Of a DNA stretch of 54,732 bases, positions 10,379-24,483 are shown piece after piece. This DNA is from Prorocentrum cordatum (Eukaryota), in NCBI GenBank assembly GCA_963575745.1, contig CAUYUJ010000221.1, positions 62,001-116,732 of the forward strand, read 5' to 3'. A program made the translations under genes and the position numbers. Below the pieces are notes generated by a model, which was given only the letters and a program-made list of their open reading frames with translations, was not told the origin of the DNA and did not search any database. The stretch's first letter is position 1. Every line of letters starts with the position of its first letter.

Positions 10379-13300
10379 ATGATATACCATCGGTAATCCG
10401 ATGTCTGGCCCGACGCGCGCGAGACAGATCAAGCTTGTTTTGTTGCCCCCTGCCCCCCACTCCGATTGGTCCAGCCGCAGTAGGGCCCCGGGAGTCCCAC
10501 GCTTTTCGTTAGATCTCCAAGCTGCAAGACCCCTAAGATGCTAGATGAGTCGTCAGAGGGTCACAAGATGGCCACAGAGGGCCCGAAGAGGTTTCAAGAG
10601 GTACTCCAGGGCGCTCGAAAATGGTTGAACTGTAACTTGCTCATGCGTGGTTCTCAGCACTCCCGTCGCTTTCTCATCGACAGGATCCGCTGACCCACTC
10701 CATGATCCCACGATGCCCCAACCGGGCTCCCGGATGCCGCCAAGCCGCCGCCAAGAGCCCAAAGCGCCCCCCAGAGGCCCCGAAGATTTCCCAAGAGGGC
10801 CACCCCAAGAAGCTCCTGGATGCCCCATCAGAACTGATGAGGGCTCGAAGGGGGCCTCTGCAGAGCCCTCGACGGAGCCCCTGCCAGCTCACGAGGCTCC
10901 AAGAGAGCCCCCAGCCGCCCTCACACTGCTGGACAAGCTTTGGAAAGACCGCCCCAGGGCCTCCCTGGATGCCCCAAGCTGGCGCTGGAGAGGGTCCCAA
11001 GAAGTCTCCCAGAGGCACTGGATACCCTTGAGCCTTCCTCCTCCTCCTCTGCTGCTGCTGCTGCTGCAGCTGCTGCTGCTGGTACTCCTCCTCCTCCTCC
11101 TCCTCCTCCTCCTCCTCCTCCTCCTCCTCCTCCTCCTCCTACACCCCCTCCTTCTCCATCGTGCGTCCCTCCCTTCCTTCCTTCATCCATCTCTGCGTTG
11201 CCTCTTTGGCTCCTCCCCCCTCCGTGGCCTCTCCCGTCCGTCGTACCGGTGTGTCCCCGCCCGCTGCTTGCTCGACAAGATGTGGGCCCCCCGCCAGGGA
11301 ATGTGGCTGCTGGCTTTGACCAGGGAGGAGGCGGAAGGAAACGAGGGAGCGGGGAAAAGAGGAAGGGCGGGAGGAGGAAGAGGAGGAGGAGGAGGAGGAG
11401 GAGGAGGAGGAGGAAGAGGAGGAGGAGGCGGAGGACAGGGGCAGGAGCAGCGCAAAAGCCAGGGGACCGAGGAGGGGCGATGGGCCTACGATTGCGACGG
11501 GTGTTCTCGGGACGTCTTTGTCTACGGGGTACCCTTCCCCCACGCCTTTTTACCACCGCGCTCCCGTTGGTATCGCTCGGGCGTGTGCACTTTTTCCCGG
11601 CGGGGAGTCTTGAGGAGCATCCTGGATCATCCTGCGAAAAAGCCACGCACGAAACCGAACCGAACACAGGGAGTGGACGCCCGAGCGATGGCCAGTCGCA
11701 GACTTCCCTCTGCCTTGAAATGGCAGGCGTCCTGCGCGCGTCCCTCTGCCCAGCGTGCCGCCGATCTGCACGCTCACCTCCTCCCCGGTGCCCGAAGCCC
11801 GGCCCCGGGCTGAAATCGGGCGTGTCCCTGGGCATCGCTCAGGCGTGTGCATGTTTCCTTCGGCGAGGACCATCGAGGAGCATCCTTGATCATCTGGCGA
11901 CAGCGCCTCGCACCATGAAGCCGAGCAAAAGCACAGGGAGTGGACGTCCGAGCGATGGCCAGCATTCAGGAGCAGTAGCAAGTAATATGGTGACGACTGT
12001 TCGTGCTCTTTTGTGACTGTGTTGGCTTGCTCGTGGCTATGTTTTGGAGTTCTCTTCCAAGCCCGCATGTGTGGGAGGGAGGACGTGCCCGACCGAGCCC
12101 CAGGCAAGCGCCCTGGGGCCGCAGCACACCAAAGGCCGCCAGAGTCCATCGCGTTCCCCTTCTCCCCCGCTGGGCCCTCCGCCGGATGTTCCCCGCGGGC
12201 TCCCGTTGGCCCAAGAGGGCTCCCAGGCCGCGTCTTGCAGCGGCCGAACAGCCGCCAGGGCGGCCCCCGGGGGCCTCGAGCCACCGCCGGAACGGCCTCG
12301 AGGGCCTCACACGGCCCCGGAGGTGTTTCAAGTGGCCCCATAGAGGCCCCCAATGCGCCCCAAGAGAGCCTTGACATGGCTCCAACTGGGGCCCCGAGAC
12401 GCAAAACAGTTGCCTCCCCTAAGGATGTTCGAATATTCGTTTTTGTTCTGCTGATCGCCCAAGAGGCCCCCCCAAGACCGCCCCAGGACGGCCCAAGACG
12501 CTTCCCCAATGGCCCCAAGACGGACCAGGAGGCCGCGAAGACGGCTCCAGAAATTTTGCAGAATGCCCACGCTCGCGTCCGAATGCGTTTGTGCAACCCT
12601 CTGGGCAGCTCAGGATGGCCCAAGGCCATCCCCGAGACGGCTTCCAGGGGTCCCAGAGCACAAAAAGCGTCAGCAATGGCACTCGAGGCTCCCCAGGCCC
12701 TTCAAGCAAGCCTTGCAGTGACCCCCAAGAGATCCCCGAGAGGCTAATAGCATGTATGCTCATGATGTGTTTGTCATGTTTCAACGTTTTCGCCTTTTCC
12801 AGCTTCAACGCTCCAAGACAGCCCAGGGAGCCCTCAGTGCCGCCCCCAGGGCGCCCCCGAAACGGCCCCAGGACGGCCCTCAGGGGGCTCCGAGGCAGCC
12901 CAGGAGGCCCCAAAGACGGCCCTGGAGACCTCCAGGGTTGCCCTCCGCCGCCACACAAGGCATGCGGCACCAGCCCCACGTTTCGGGGGTGCGCTCCCCG
13001 ATTTCGGGACCTGGCGCACGAGCGCGCCGGATCCACGGACTCGCAGTCCACGCCAGCGTGCGCCCGATCGGCAGAGACTCCCTGCGGGGCGGCGACCCCT
13101 GTGCGGCTGGCGCGGTCATGGAGTTGTTGGTGCTCTTCTTGCGTGCGCGCGCTCGTTTCGTCCAATGTGTAGGCGTTCGCGCTGGCGCGGCCCTGACGCG
13201 CCTCCGACCAGCAACTCAATGATCACCACCGTGGAAATCGCGAGCTTGATTTGTCGTCTCTTTGGTGCGCGAACCAAGATATGGATAATTTTCTTTGATT

Positions 13301-13912
13301 AAGTATTGGTGGGCAGTTTATTGCTGCCTAGAGAGGGCTCCGAGCCAGCCTGGGAGGCGGCCTCGACGGGTCTTCCACGGCCCAGGGGCCCCCGCGCAGC
13401 TCCAGGAGGCCCCCAGGCACCGCCCGCCCCGCAGCGGGCGGGGGGCGCCTCTGAGGGCCGAGGGCCCCAGGAGCGGAAGCATGCTGCCAAAAAGGTCTCC
13501 AGATGTCTAAAACGTGTTTCAAACATGCTTTAAGCACGTAGAAAAAAATATGCTTGAAACATGTTTCGAACATGTTCCGACATTTTAGAGACGTTCTATT
13601 CTAAGTTCAATGCTGGGGCTGTGAGAGTGTCCATTGTCATGGCATCCATAACCCAAGAGCACCACCCGATTGCGGGCCCACTGGGCTCTCGGACACCTCA
13701 GAGGTGGACTCGCGACCCTTTGGCTGATGGAGGGCGCGGGGGCGCGGGGGTTGCAACCGCGAGGCGTACTGTATGCTTGCGCGTGTGCGTGCCATGTCGT
13801 GAAGGGGTGCACCGCACATCTTCAGCCGAGCCCCTACTTGCATCGTCAGCAGCGGACGCGTTGGCTTCGAAACCCACGATTTCCGTGTAGTTCGGCACGG
13901 CCCCTCTTCCGT

Positions 13913-13943
<31 letters not shown>

Positions 13944-14253
13944 AGCGAGCTCTGCCCTGGCCTATCCTCGTAGTCGTAGGCCCCTGGGGCTCCCAGAGGC
14001 CCCCAATGAACCCAAGGGCAGCCCGAAGGGCCCCTAGGCCGCTCACGCGAGCCGGCCAGGATGGGCTCCAGGGACTGACCAGAGCTCCCTAAGGGGCTCC
14101 CCGGTGGCGCCCGCACGGGTCCGGGACGCGCCCAGGCCGTCCGCCGAGGGCCCCCTGGGAGGGGGAGCTAGTCGAGTTCCTTCTCGTGGGTTTAGTGTCT
14201 CGTTCCTGGCTGGGTCCCGTATGTTTTAGCACACGATGGTCCCTCACCGCCCA

Positions 14254-14410
14254 CCAAACCACCCCAACCTAACCCGAAGGCCTCAATTTGCCCTCCATTT
14301 CCAGTGGGGGGGTGTCGGGGAACATGGAGAACAACACACGGAACCCGTACCCCATCCAACCCGAAATTCGGGTCAAATTCGGGTCTTCGGGTTGGGTTGG
14401 GGTGGTCTGG
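14254..14410. mobile_element. Short foldback/MITE
   Basis: CCAAACCACCCCAACCTAACCCGAAG ... CTTCGGGTTGGGTTGGGGTGGTCTGG inverted repeats. Confidence 0.55.
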
Positions 14411-15611
14411 TAGGTAGTCAGTCCCCAACTAGGCTCCAGTGGCTTCTGGAAAGGCCTCGGTGGCTTTCAGAGCACGCCAAGGGGGGCGGCCCCGAGGGGC
14501 GTCGCAGCAGGCCCGATGCCCCCTCCCCCCTACCGCCCCGACGCCTTCCCAAAAAAGGGACCCAGGCGGTCAAAGGGACGCCAAGATGGCCCCAGGAGTG
14601 TGAGTCCAGTTAGTCCAGAAGGGCTCCTAAAGATGGGTCCGCGATGGCCTTTCCGACCAACGGCGTCCCCGCCATCACCCCTCTTTTGTCCCCCATTCCG
14701 TTCTCGCTCCTCGCCCATCCTTCTCCCCCCCCCTCCCCTCACCACTTGTCGCTTCGCTGCAAAGGCTCGTATCCCCACGTTCTTGCCAGACATGCCCCGC
14801 GTGTCCCTTCGACTTCCGCTCGGACACAGGGGTTTCACACAGCTCTGGCAGAGTCGGCGTTGGCATTCCTACGTCTTTGTGGGCAGGTCACCGAGTCTGC
14901 TTACGTAACGATTCAGAATCTAATGGGTTGCGCAATGAACTTTATGGGCTCGCGGGACAATTTCTGCATTCTCTGGCACAGTATGAGGGCATGGGGCAGC
15001 GGCAGCAAGAGCAGGCGCACGGCAGCATGCAGCAGCAAGCCCGAAGCAGCAGCCGCGAGGAGGAGGCAGAGCCGCAGAAAGCAGCGAGGAGGGGCTGCGC
15101 ACGGTGCGCCGGTGCATGGAGCGAGGAGGGAGGGGCCTTTGGGCCGCCGAGCTCGATCCTCCTCGTCTTGTCGCTGCCAGAGATGAGGTGTGAATAGCAC
15201 AGTCGTCTCGAGCGAGGGGGAGGAAGGCACTCGTGTCTCGACGCGTGCTGTTTCTGTCGCCTTCTCGCTGGCGGCCGGGCGGCGGCGATAATCACCTGCG
15301 CCGTCGCCGTGTGTTTCAATTTGCCGGGCGCCAGCCCCGCGATTGCCCGAGCAGGGACACTTTTTTTAATCACACGCCCCCCCCGGATTTGTTAATCCCC
15401 GGATTTGTTAATCTCAAGCGTACATTACCCCCCTCAGTCTTGCCTTCGTAATGGCCACGCGGCCAAAGGCAGGCTGTTTTCGGCATCGCTCCCCCCCGCT
15501 CTGGGATAACATACTTGTTGTGGGACGCGGGGAGATGGCGTCGGGGAAGAAGAAGCAAGGCCGAACCCATCGACACGCCATGCTTTGGATGTATCTACTG
15601 GTGCACGCTAG

Positions 15612-15716
15612 TCAGCTACAGCGCCGGGATCAGTGCCTGCGAGAAAGGTGAGCAGTGGCAGCGGGCCCTGTCGCTTCTTAGCGAGATGCAGGAGGCGAAG
15701 CTAGAGCCCGACGTCA
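15612..15716 (+). pseudogene. Single PPR unit, exactly 105 bp
   Basis: SYSAGISACEKGEQWQRALSLLSEMQEAKLEPDV, between CTAG (15608-15611) and TC (15717). Confidence 0.9.
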
Positions 15717-16589
15717 TCCATACCACGTGGCCAGGGCCAGCGCGCGCGAGGCGGCACTCGGGTATTGTTCGCCCTGCCCCGCCCTGCACGCTGTCCAGTC
15801 GCGCCGCCGATCTGGTCCTGGAACCTCGGGGTCCCTTCGACTCGGCCCCAGACGGGCCTCAGAGGTCCTGGGCCGCCGCCCGAAAGCAACCCCCCCAGGA
15901 GGCACCAAGAGGCGGGCGAGACGCTTCTAGGCGGGCTCGACGATGCCCCGGGATCAGCTGCAGACCCCAGGAATCTTCAAGAACGACCTCTGGCCTGTGC
16001 CGCCGATCTGGGGAGCTCCAATCTGTTGCAGGGCCGCCATGGCGTTTGGCCGGCTGACGCGTTTCCAGGTTGGACTGTGCGCTGGTTCGCGGGTTGGTTC
16101 GCTGATCGGTCGTGGATCTGCTTTTGGGCCTGGTTCGGTGGTTGAGGGGTTGGGTAGCTTGTCGGCGGGCTAGTTGGCCGGTTGGCTAGCTTGTTGGGCT
16201 AGATTGCGCCGTTTTGGGAAGATTTGAGTATGACGTCTCGGGTGTTTCCGTGGGAGGCTCCTTGTACATTTGGAGCCATCGTGGGGTGGTCTTTGGGCTT
16301 ATTCGAGGCATGATGGAAGGTATGTTCGGTTCTGTTGGGCTACGTCTCGGCATCTTGGAGGCTATCTTGGGTTACCTGATAGCCGTTCGGATATCTCGGG
16401 GCGACCTCATCCTTGGCCTCTCCCTCATCTCCATACTCAGGGAGGGGGTGGGGAGGGGAAATCATTTGCCAAAGAGGAAGAGGGTTGGAAGACCTACCCT
16501 CCTGCACCACTTACTAGGATGAAACAACAGGATATAGAGGGTGGTAGAGGATGCGGGTGTAGGTAGGAGGTTGGAGGAGGTGGTTTGAG

Positions 16590-16885
16590 GAGGAGGGAGG
16601 GAGGGAGCGTGGGAGGGAGGGTGGGAGGGAGGAGAAGGACGAGGAGGAGTTGGAAGAGGAGGAGGAGGAGGGGGAGGAGAAGGAGGAGGAGGAGGAGGAG
16701 GAGGAGGAGGAGGAGGAGGAGGGGGGAGGAGGAGAAGGAGGATGCGGAGGAGGAGTAGGAGGAGGCGGAGGAGGAGGAGGAGGAGAGGAGGAGGAGGAGC
16801 AGGAGGAGGAGGAGGAGGCTGAGGAGGAGGAGGAGGAGGAGGCTGTGGAGGAGGAGGAGGAGGAGGAGGAGGAGGAGGAGGAGGT
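16590..16885. repeat. (GAG)n microsatellite
   Basis: Direct reading. Confidence 0.95.
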
Positions 16886-17533
16886 GCGAGGACGTGCGAG
16901 GAGGTGTGATGAGGCTGAAAGAAGGATGTATGAGGAGTCTGAGGAGGTGCAGTGAGATAGGAGAAGGGTCGGTGGAGGGAGGAGACGAGTTGCCCAGTCC
17001 AATGCTCCTCGTCGAGACGTCGTTCGCGTTGTCGTTTCCTTTCCAGCAGATCTCAGCGCAGCCACCCAGGGTTAACGAATCTTGTGGGCCGTATACGTCT
17101 GAGGAAACAGTTGAGTTGCATGCCCGAAGCGATCCAGACTGGCTGCGTCACAGAATTCTCCTTGCCGGGGAGGAAAAGATAGGATGAGCATATGTACAGC
17201 AGGGTGCAGCTGCAGAACACCCGCTGACGTTCACGTTGTCGTTGTCGTTGTCGTTGGGCCGTCTTCGCTGTTCACGTTGTCGTTGGGTCTTCTTGAAGAC
17301 GACCATGACCTCCCAGGCTCTGGGAGCCGCCCAAATGGCCTCAGGGATCGGCTCCAACGCACAACAGTGGCCAGTCCCCTTTGTGCGTGTGTGTGTGTGT
17401 GTGTGTGTTTCTGATCTGTGTGTGTGTGTGTGTTTCTGATCTCCACGCTGCGTAAGCTGGCCCTGTCCGCGCTCTCTCGCCTGACTTGACCTGCGCCGCG
17501 CCGCCGCGCGCGTGGCCGAGACGCCAAAGTTGG

Positions 17534-17730
17534 CGGCGAGCCCGGGGGGAAGTCAGAAGGGGCGGGCCTCCCCAGAAGGCTCGGCAGTCCCCCGACTCTC
17601 CGAGAAGTTTTCTGAGCCTTCCCCGACGACGCAGAAAGTCTCTCAGACGGCGTGAGGGCTTCTGAGAAGCCCCGCCGCCTTCGCCTTCTGAGAAGGCCTC
17701 CTCCTTCTCACTCCCCCCCTGGGCTCGCCG
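17534..17730. mobile_element. MITE family 2 (TTCTCAGAA-rich foldback)
   Basis: CGGCGAGCCC...GGGCTCGCCG ends; homologous to 18426-18624. Confidence 0.65.
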
Positions 17731-18425
17731 AGACGCCGGCCCTGAAGCTTGTGCGTTTTCCGATTGCGAAGGCCATGCGGCCGGTGCCGCCGACCTCGCA
17801 GGGGAACGACGACAACGGCGGCGGCGACGACGACGACGCTGGCGTGGGTCAGAGGCCTCACGGATGCTTCTTGGGGTCTCTTCGACGCGCTCTGGGGGGC
17901 CTCTGGGGCACAGTTTCGGGGGGCCTCCTGGGAGCCTCTTGGGGGCCGCTGGGGCAGAGCGCCTGTGCGTTTTCCGATTCCTCCTGGCGCCCTCCGCCCT
18001 GCCACTCAATGGGGGGGGGGGGGGCGGCGCAGCAGGGGCGCGGGGCCGGCGGCCCCCGCGCGGCGCGCCGCCCCCCGAAGCTCCCCCTTCAGGCTGGGCC
18101 TCCCCGCCGGCCTCTCCGAGCTGTGGCCCCCGAGACGGGCCCGGGGCGGCCCCGACAGACCCCGACCCCCTCGCGCCGCGAAAACATATCGCGGCGAGCG
18201 GTCTCTCGCGGTTCCCGGCCTCCGGCGGCCCCTCCCGGGCCTCGGGGCCGAACACGCACGATTCAGGATGAACCAAGGACCGGTCCTGGGGAAGGGGTCC
18301 GGGACCTCTGGGGGGTCGGCGTTGTGACAAAAACCACGACGTCGGGGGTGTGCATGGGGACCGCCCCAGGGGTACCCCCCGGCGCGCCGGCGTGTGAGCG
18401 GCCCGGGAGGAGATCCCGTGATGTT

Positions 18426-18624
18426 CGGCGGCTAACGAGGGGGGGAAATGAGAAGGAGAAGGTATTCTCAGAAGGCGGCGGGACTTCTCAGAAGCCCTCG
18501 CGCCTTCCGAGAAGTTTTTTCCTGTCGTCGGGGAAGGCTTAGAAAACCTCTCAGAAGGCTGGGGACTTCCGAGCCTTCTGAGAAGGCCTTCTCCTTCTCA
18601 CTTCCCCCCCCTCGCTCGCCGCCG
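18426..18624. mobile_element. MITE family 2 (TTCTCAGAA-rich foldback)
   Basis: GAGGGGGGGAAATGAGAAGGAGAAGG... and ...CCTTCTCCTTCTCACTTCCCCCCCCTC form long inverted repeats. Confidence 0.7.
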
Positions 18625-20215
18625 AGACGTCGCGATTTTTTCTGCTATTTTCCGTTATTTTTGAATATTTATTGTTTTGCTCACTCCGTCGGCCTGTATT
18701 GTGCCATCGCAGGCGTTTGCCCGCGCGTTCGTGGCCTATTGGGGCCTCTTGGGGGCCGTTTGGGGACTTCTTCGGGGCTTGCTGGCGGTCTCGGAGGTGG
18801 CCCTTGGGGCGGAAATGTGGAAATGTCATTTCGTGTTCCCCCTCTTGGGCCCCTCTTGGGGCTGTCTTGGGCCGTCTTGGGCGCCTCGTGGGCCGTCTTG
18901 GTGCCCCCTTGGGCTGTCTTGGGGCCCTCTTGGGCTCTCTTGGGTCCATCTGGGGGGCGTGTCGGGCCGTCTGGGGACGATGTTGAAAGCCTCTGGGGCA
19001 GTTCTGGACGCTGTGAATCCCCAAATGTCGTACATGCAAGCGATGTTTTTTCTTCAAAGGGAACGAGACGAATTTTGCTTGTTGGGGCCCTCTCGGAGAG
19101 CCTCTTGAGGCTCCCTTGGGACTTTTTCGCTGCCTCTGGGGCCGTCTGGAGACCATCTTGAGCCTCTTGGAACGGTCTTTCGGCGACTCGGGGCCTCTTG
19201 GGCCGTGTAGGGGGCGCCCCGGCGCCCTCTTGCCGCGCTCCTAGAGCGCCCTGGGGGAGTCAGCAGGGCATCGCCCGGGCATCGCCCGGGCATCGCCTGG
19301 GCATCGGCTGGGGTACTTTTCGTCCAGGGGTCCCCAGGGGCCGCCACGCGCGCGCGCGAACTAGAAATACCGTTAACCTGTTACCGGAGATCTTAGCACG
19401 CCTTTGGCCCGTTGGGCCAGCGAATTTATGAGTACTTTTCATTTCTCCTCCAAAAATCTTCAGGAGGGGAAAAACATACAGACACAATTAATCGCCGATC
19501 CCCAGCAGCATTTTCTTTCCCATTGCCGGGCAACTTTGTCTCCGAAGCCACCCGTTCGATACCGCGTGGCTGTCCGTTGCCATTCCCGGCTTGGCTACAA
19601 GCGCCCGGCCCGTCAGCAGAAAAGACAGCAGCAGCGGTCATGATTTCGGGGGCGGCAAAGAGGGGGGTGATGACAAGGGGGGGTGGATATCATGGCGTGG
19701 GCCATGATATTTCCCTAGATTTCATGGCGCCTCTTCTTATTTCATTACGTCCCTGGGCCACCCCCTGGGCCGCGCACATGCCGCCGGCCATGATTTGCAC
19801 CCCTTCTCTTGGACGCCCCCCTCGTGGCCGCCCCCGATGATTACGCAGCGGAAGGCAAGCAACAGCAAGCATCAATAACAGTACCCCTCAGCAGGCTACA
19901 GCGAGCAGCACAGGCAGTACCAAGTGGCAGAACGCCGCGGCAAACAGCAGCACGCAGCTTCACCATCACCGCCATGTGCTAAGCAGCAGCACGCTCACCA
20001 GACTCCGCGCGCACGTGCTCAGCGGCTGCTCTCAGCTACACTCTGAGACCCCTGCGGGCTTCTCTGATTTCTCCATCCCCTCTGGCCTCCCCGACTTTTC
20101 ATGTATTCCCGGGCTTTCCATATTGCGGACGTTGATACGGATGCATCATTGTTTTGCTCAGCCATGCCAGCACAGCAGAGCGCAGGATAATTTTGACTAC
20201 GCTACAGGCGCACTC

Positions 20216-20320
20216 TCAACTACAATGCTGGGATCAGCGCGTGCCAGAAGGGCGAGCAGTGGTGGGCGGCCATGTCGCTGCTCAGCGAGATGCGTCAGGC
20301 GAAATTGGAGCCCGACATTA
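20216..20320 (+). pseudogene. Single PPR unit, exactly 105 bp
   Basis: NYNAGISACQKGEQWWAAMSLLSEMRQAKLEPDI followed by TC at 20321. The upstream CTAG is not preserved. Confidence 0.85.
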
Positions 20321-21941
20321 TCTTTGAGGAACAACACATGGCATCAGCACGAACTGTCGGAGGTCTGTGCTGATACCTTAGATCGGCGCTGGACCTCCCT
20401 TCCTGGCAAGCGGAGCGCACCACGGGCGGGGGCGCCGCCAGGGGGCTCCAGCGCTGATTCAAGAAATTCGCACGGATCTCCGAAATTCCATGTTTATTCT
20501 TTCGGCGCCGCCCCGCGCACCAGGAAGGGCGGTCCAGCGCCGAGTCAAGAGATCCGCGCGGACTTCTTACAGTTTAGGTTTACGTTTTTTTTTGTTGGTT
20601 CCTGGATTATATAGGCTCCAGGATTTTCCCACCAAGCTGCCAAGGGGGCACTAGATAGCCCGCGGATGGCCCCAGAGATGTGAACTTCGGCCAAACCAGT
20701 ACGTAGATGCTCGAAATCGGGCGTCCACTTTTGCAGTACAAGATCGCTCCGAAATTCGCCCTAGAAGCTCCTCAGAGCTCAAGAGGACCAAAGACGCCCA
20801 CATTATTGCCTAATCTGACCCTGGCTGGCTTCACGACGATTCCCACACTGACTCCAAGACGGTCCAAGGCCAACCCATCATAGCCTGAAGACACCCCAGA
20901 CCGCCCCCAGACCCGCCCAGTACGCCACCCAGAGGCCCCAATAGACGCCAAGGTGGCTCCACGACGCCCTAAGAGGGCTCTGAGACAGCTCGAGAGGGCC
21001 CCCAAACTAGGCCAAGGAGGCTTCATGGGCCCCGAGCGCAGCCGAAGGAGAAGAAGGAGGCCAAGTGTTCGGGCGCACGCGGCTCGAAGCCACACACCCC
21101 AAACGCTCCCCGTACTTCGTTGGGGCCTGCTCCTTCCTCCTCGCTCCCAGCTCCTCGCAACTGGAGCCCGTTTTCTGTTTTTCGCGGTAACGCTTGTGAC
21201 CGGCCCCGCCGCGGTCCCCCCCCCGCCTCGTCCCGTCACGATCCGCGCTGGCGACGTCTGAGAATGAGCCATCCTTAGGCGTTCCCAGACCGCGCTGGCG
21301 CGATTCGTGACGTGACGGGTCCCCTTCCCCCCTCTCCCTCCCCCGTCACGCCCGTGATCGCCAGGGACTTCGAGAGCGCTCTCCCAGCGCGTCCCTCCTC
21401 GCTCCCAGCTCCTCGCTCCTCGCTCCTCCCGGCCCGCTCCATGCTCCTCGTCGCTTCTGCTCCTGTGCCCCGCTGTCCCTCGGAGACTCGCTCCCTTTTG
21501 CTCTCTCTCTCTCTCTCTCTCTCGCTCTCCCCCCTCCGCGCCGCCTCGCAGATCGCTGCTCCCCCCGCCGCTCCTCAGAGGAGGTCTGGCGCGGGATCCC
21601 CTCCTCCTCCGAGCCGAGCGTCCACAGCACCCGAGCAGCAGACAACAGCATGAGCATGAACTTTCGGGGCTCCGCGCGGAACCGGCGCTGGAGCCCCCCC
21701 CAGGGGCCCCTCCAGCGCCGCCCTTGGCGCGCGGGGGGGCCAGCGCCCATACAAGAAACCTGCGGGGAGCTCAGAAAGCTGTTTCCGGGAGGGGGAGATG
21801 CACATACGCAAAGAGATGCTGATTTCCCAGAAGAGCTGAAAAAACGTGGGAGCCAGGGGGGGAGGGGGGGGGGGGAAGGCAAAGCTCCATCACAGATGGG
21901 CAAATCGATGGGGAAATCTTGGGCTTGTGTGTGTTTTTGTT

Positions 21942-22105
21942 TTAAGTCGGGCCTGTCCCTCTACAGGGGGAATCTTCAAAAGTAGTTAAACAAATTAGTC
22001 TGGGGATTATTTTTGGAGTATTTTTGTTAATCATTATGGAGCTTTTTTTGTTGTTTTAAATTTTTTCGTCGAACATCTCCCTGTAGGGGGACACGCCCGA
22101 CTTAA
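21942..22105. mobile_element. MITE family 1
   Basis: TTAAGTCGGGCCTGTCCC...GGGACACGCCCGACTTAA; flanks TTTTTGTT/TCTTTGTT (7/8). Confidence 0.85.
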
Positions 22106-22581
22106 TCTTTGTTTGTGTGTGTTCCTGGGCCCCCTTCGTGGACGCTCCTGCCGCTCCCTCTGCTCCGCGAGCACCGCCCCACAGACCCCCGCGAGGGCCC
22201 GGGAGGCCGCCCCTCGGCGGGCCCGAAGCTTGGGTCGCCTCCAAGGCTCCCAGGTGCAGTCCCGACGGCCCGTTTCGGCCACGTGCTTCTGCGTGTGTCC
22301 AGGCCGCGAGCGAGGACCACCCGCCGAGCGCGTTCCACGACTCGCAGGAGTGCCTACTCGCAAACGCCAGCAAAAACACACACATGTCTGCTGCGAGGTG
22401 ATGTGTCGTAGATCCCCCGCGGCGGATCCGGTCCATTTGCGAGTCGTTAATTTGCGAGTAGTTACTTTGCGAGTAGTGGAACGCGCTCGTCTGACCACGT
22501 GTTTGAACGTGTCCAGGCCGCCCAGGGGTGTATCGAACATGATTGTCCCGAACTGGAACCTCGTGTTCAGGGGGGTTAGGG

Positions 22582-22744
22582 TTACATCGGGGGGTGTCCC
22601 TCGATAGGAGGAATCTTCAAACATCGTCCAAGAATATTCGGGGGACGATGTTTCGATATTTTTTCACAATGTTTGAACATTCCTCGACTATTTTCATCAA
22701 TTTTTCGCCCACAATCCGCCCGTAGGGGGACATGCCCGACCTAG
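22582..22744. mobile_element. MITE family 1, degenerate left end
   Basis: TGTCCCTCGATAGGAGGAATCTTCAAA ... GTAGGGGGACATGCCCGACCTAG. Confidence 0.65.
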
Positions 22745-23971
22745 GGTAGGGGGTTGGGGGAAGGCTTCTCAGAAGCAGCCCTGCCTCTTGGAAGGCACGG
22801 GTTTCGTCTATAAATGCAAGGCCCGCGCCATCTGAGAAGCAGCCTCCTTCTGAGAAGCCTCCCCCCCTACCCCCTTCGGCGCGCCGCCAACCGTTGATCA
22901 TCCAGCCGAGCACGAGCCTGTCAGCCGTGGTTCTTCCACGGGCTCTCTAATCTATAGTCGTCCTTGCTACGCTGCAGGTGCCACCGCGTGCCAGAAGGGC
23001 GATCGCTCAAGCGACTGAATATCGGCCCAGCCAGCCCCGACGCGCTCCCCTGGAACGCCCCAAGGCGCCCAGTGGAGCTCCCTGCGGCCCCATGCGGCCC
23101 AAGAGAGCCTGCAGGAGGCGCCTGCGACCGCCAAGCATGCCCTGGAGACGTCCCTGGGCGCCCGAAGATGGCCCCCTAAAGAGGCCACACCGAGACCCGA
23201 AGATGGCTCCGCGCAGGGTCCCCAAGCGGCGAGAACCATTGGGTTCTATTGGTTTTCGCGCACGCTTAGCACGGTTCTCATTGTTCGGCTCCACCTGCCT
23301 CCATGACGATCCCGAGAGTCTGCAAGGAGCCCCCCTCGGGCAAACGAGCGCGTCCGGGGAGGCTGAAGCCCCCCCAAGGTAGCCCAGGATGGCCCGGCCC
23401 AACCGCCCAGCTGGCCCCCGAAGAGGCGGCAGCCCTAAGACGGCCCCAGATCGTCCTGAGATTACCCGAAGACCTTTCCAGATGGTCCCCAAGACTTCCC
23501 AGAGGGCCCCGCGAGGCCATCAGGAACCCGAAGATGGCGCTCAGAGGCCCCGCGAGAGGCCAACAAGGGCCCGACATGGTCCCCGAAGGCGATGAAACAA
23601 GCAAACTGTCAGGCGAACCGGCCAACATGCGAGCAGGAAAGACAGGCAGGATAAGTTCAGGCCAGCAGGCTAGTAGCAATGTGCGCAGGCCAGCAGGCAA
23701 GAAGGCAAGCGGTCTGCACCCTCGCGTAACTTCAAAACCTTTCGTGGACGTTAAGTCCACGGAGCAGCCGTACTCTGCGTACATTACAATACCAGTCATT
23801 CTGCCTGCCAGACGGGTCCATTCTGCACCCTTGGGCCGCGGCGCCTCCGTGGCCTCGTTCGGGGGGCGACGCCGTCCTGGCCCGAGAGCTTCAGGACGTA
23901 CCGAGGGAGGCGCCAGCCCGCCCCAAACAGGCTCCAACATCGGCCCCAGAGAGCTCCAAGAATGCCTACGA

Positions 23972-24128
23972 TTAAGTCGGGCCTGTCCCTCTACAGGGGG
24001 AAAATTCAAAGATAGTAGAAACATAGTCTGGGGACGATTTGAATATTTCTGAATACGTTTTGATTTTTTGGGAGCATCTCTTTATTTTTCTTCAAAAATC
24101 ACCCTGTAGGGGGACAGGTCCGACCTAA
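23972..24128. mobile_element. MITE family 1
   Basis: TTAAGTCGGGCCTGTCCC...GGGACAGGTCCGACCTAA; flanks GCCTACGA/GCCTAAGA (7/8). Confidence 0.85.
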
Positions 24129-24483
24129 GCCTAAGAGCGCCCCGCGGCGCCCCAAGACGGCCTCCAGGCTGTCCAAGGGGCCCCGGGCGCGCCCCAGGAC
24201 AGCTCACAGGGGATCCTCGAGAGGACTGCTGTGATAGTGGAAGCGTACGACTCGGGTGAGCCGGAACTCGGGTTAGGCCGACGTGTGCTTTTGACGGGCA
24301 CGCCCTGGATTTTGACGGTCCAGTTTTCGTGGGATGCTTGCAGCGGCAGCTCGCGTCAAATTTAAAATGGGGTGTGGCCATTTTCGTTGGTGGTCCCGTC
24401 AGGCCAGCCCGAGTCCCCCGAACCCGAGTCTTACGTCTCCCCGATACAGTCAACCCGCACGGTAAGGATGGGCAACCTTCCTA

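Noticed and set aside
14151..14175. Hairpin plus CTAGTC
   Set aside because: The hairpin is only ~2 nt from CTAG, and neither a PPR unit nor an element 5' end follows.
17560..18630. TTCTCAGAA motifs as transcription-factor sites
   Set aside because: Explained as internal repeats of MITE family 2.
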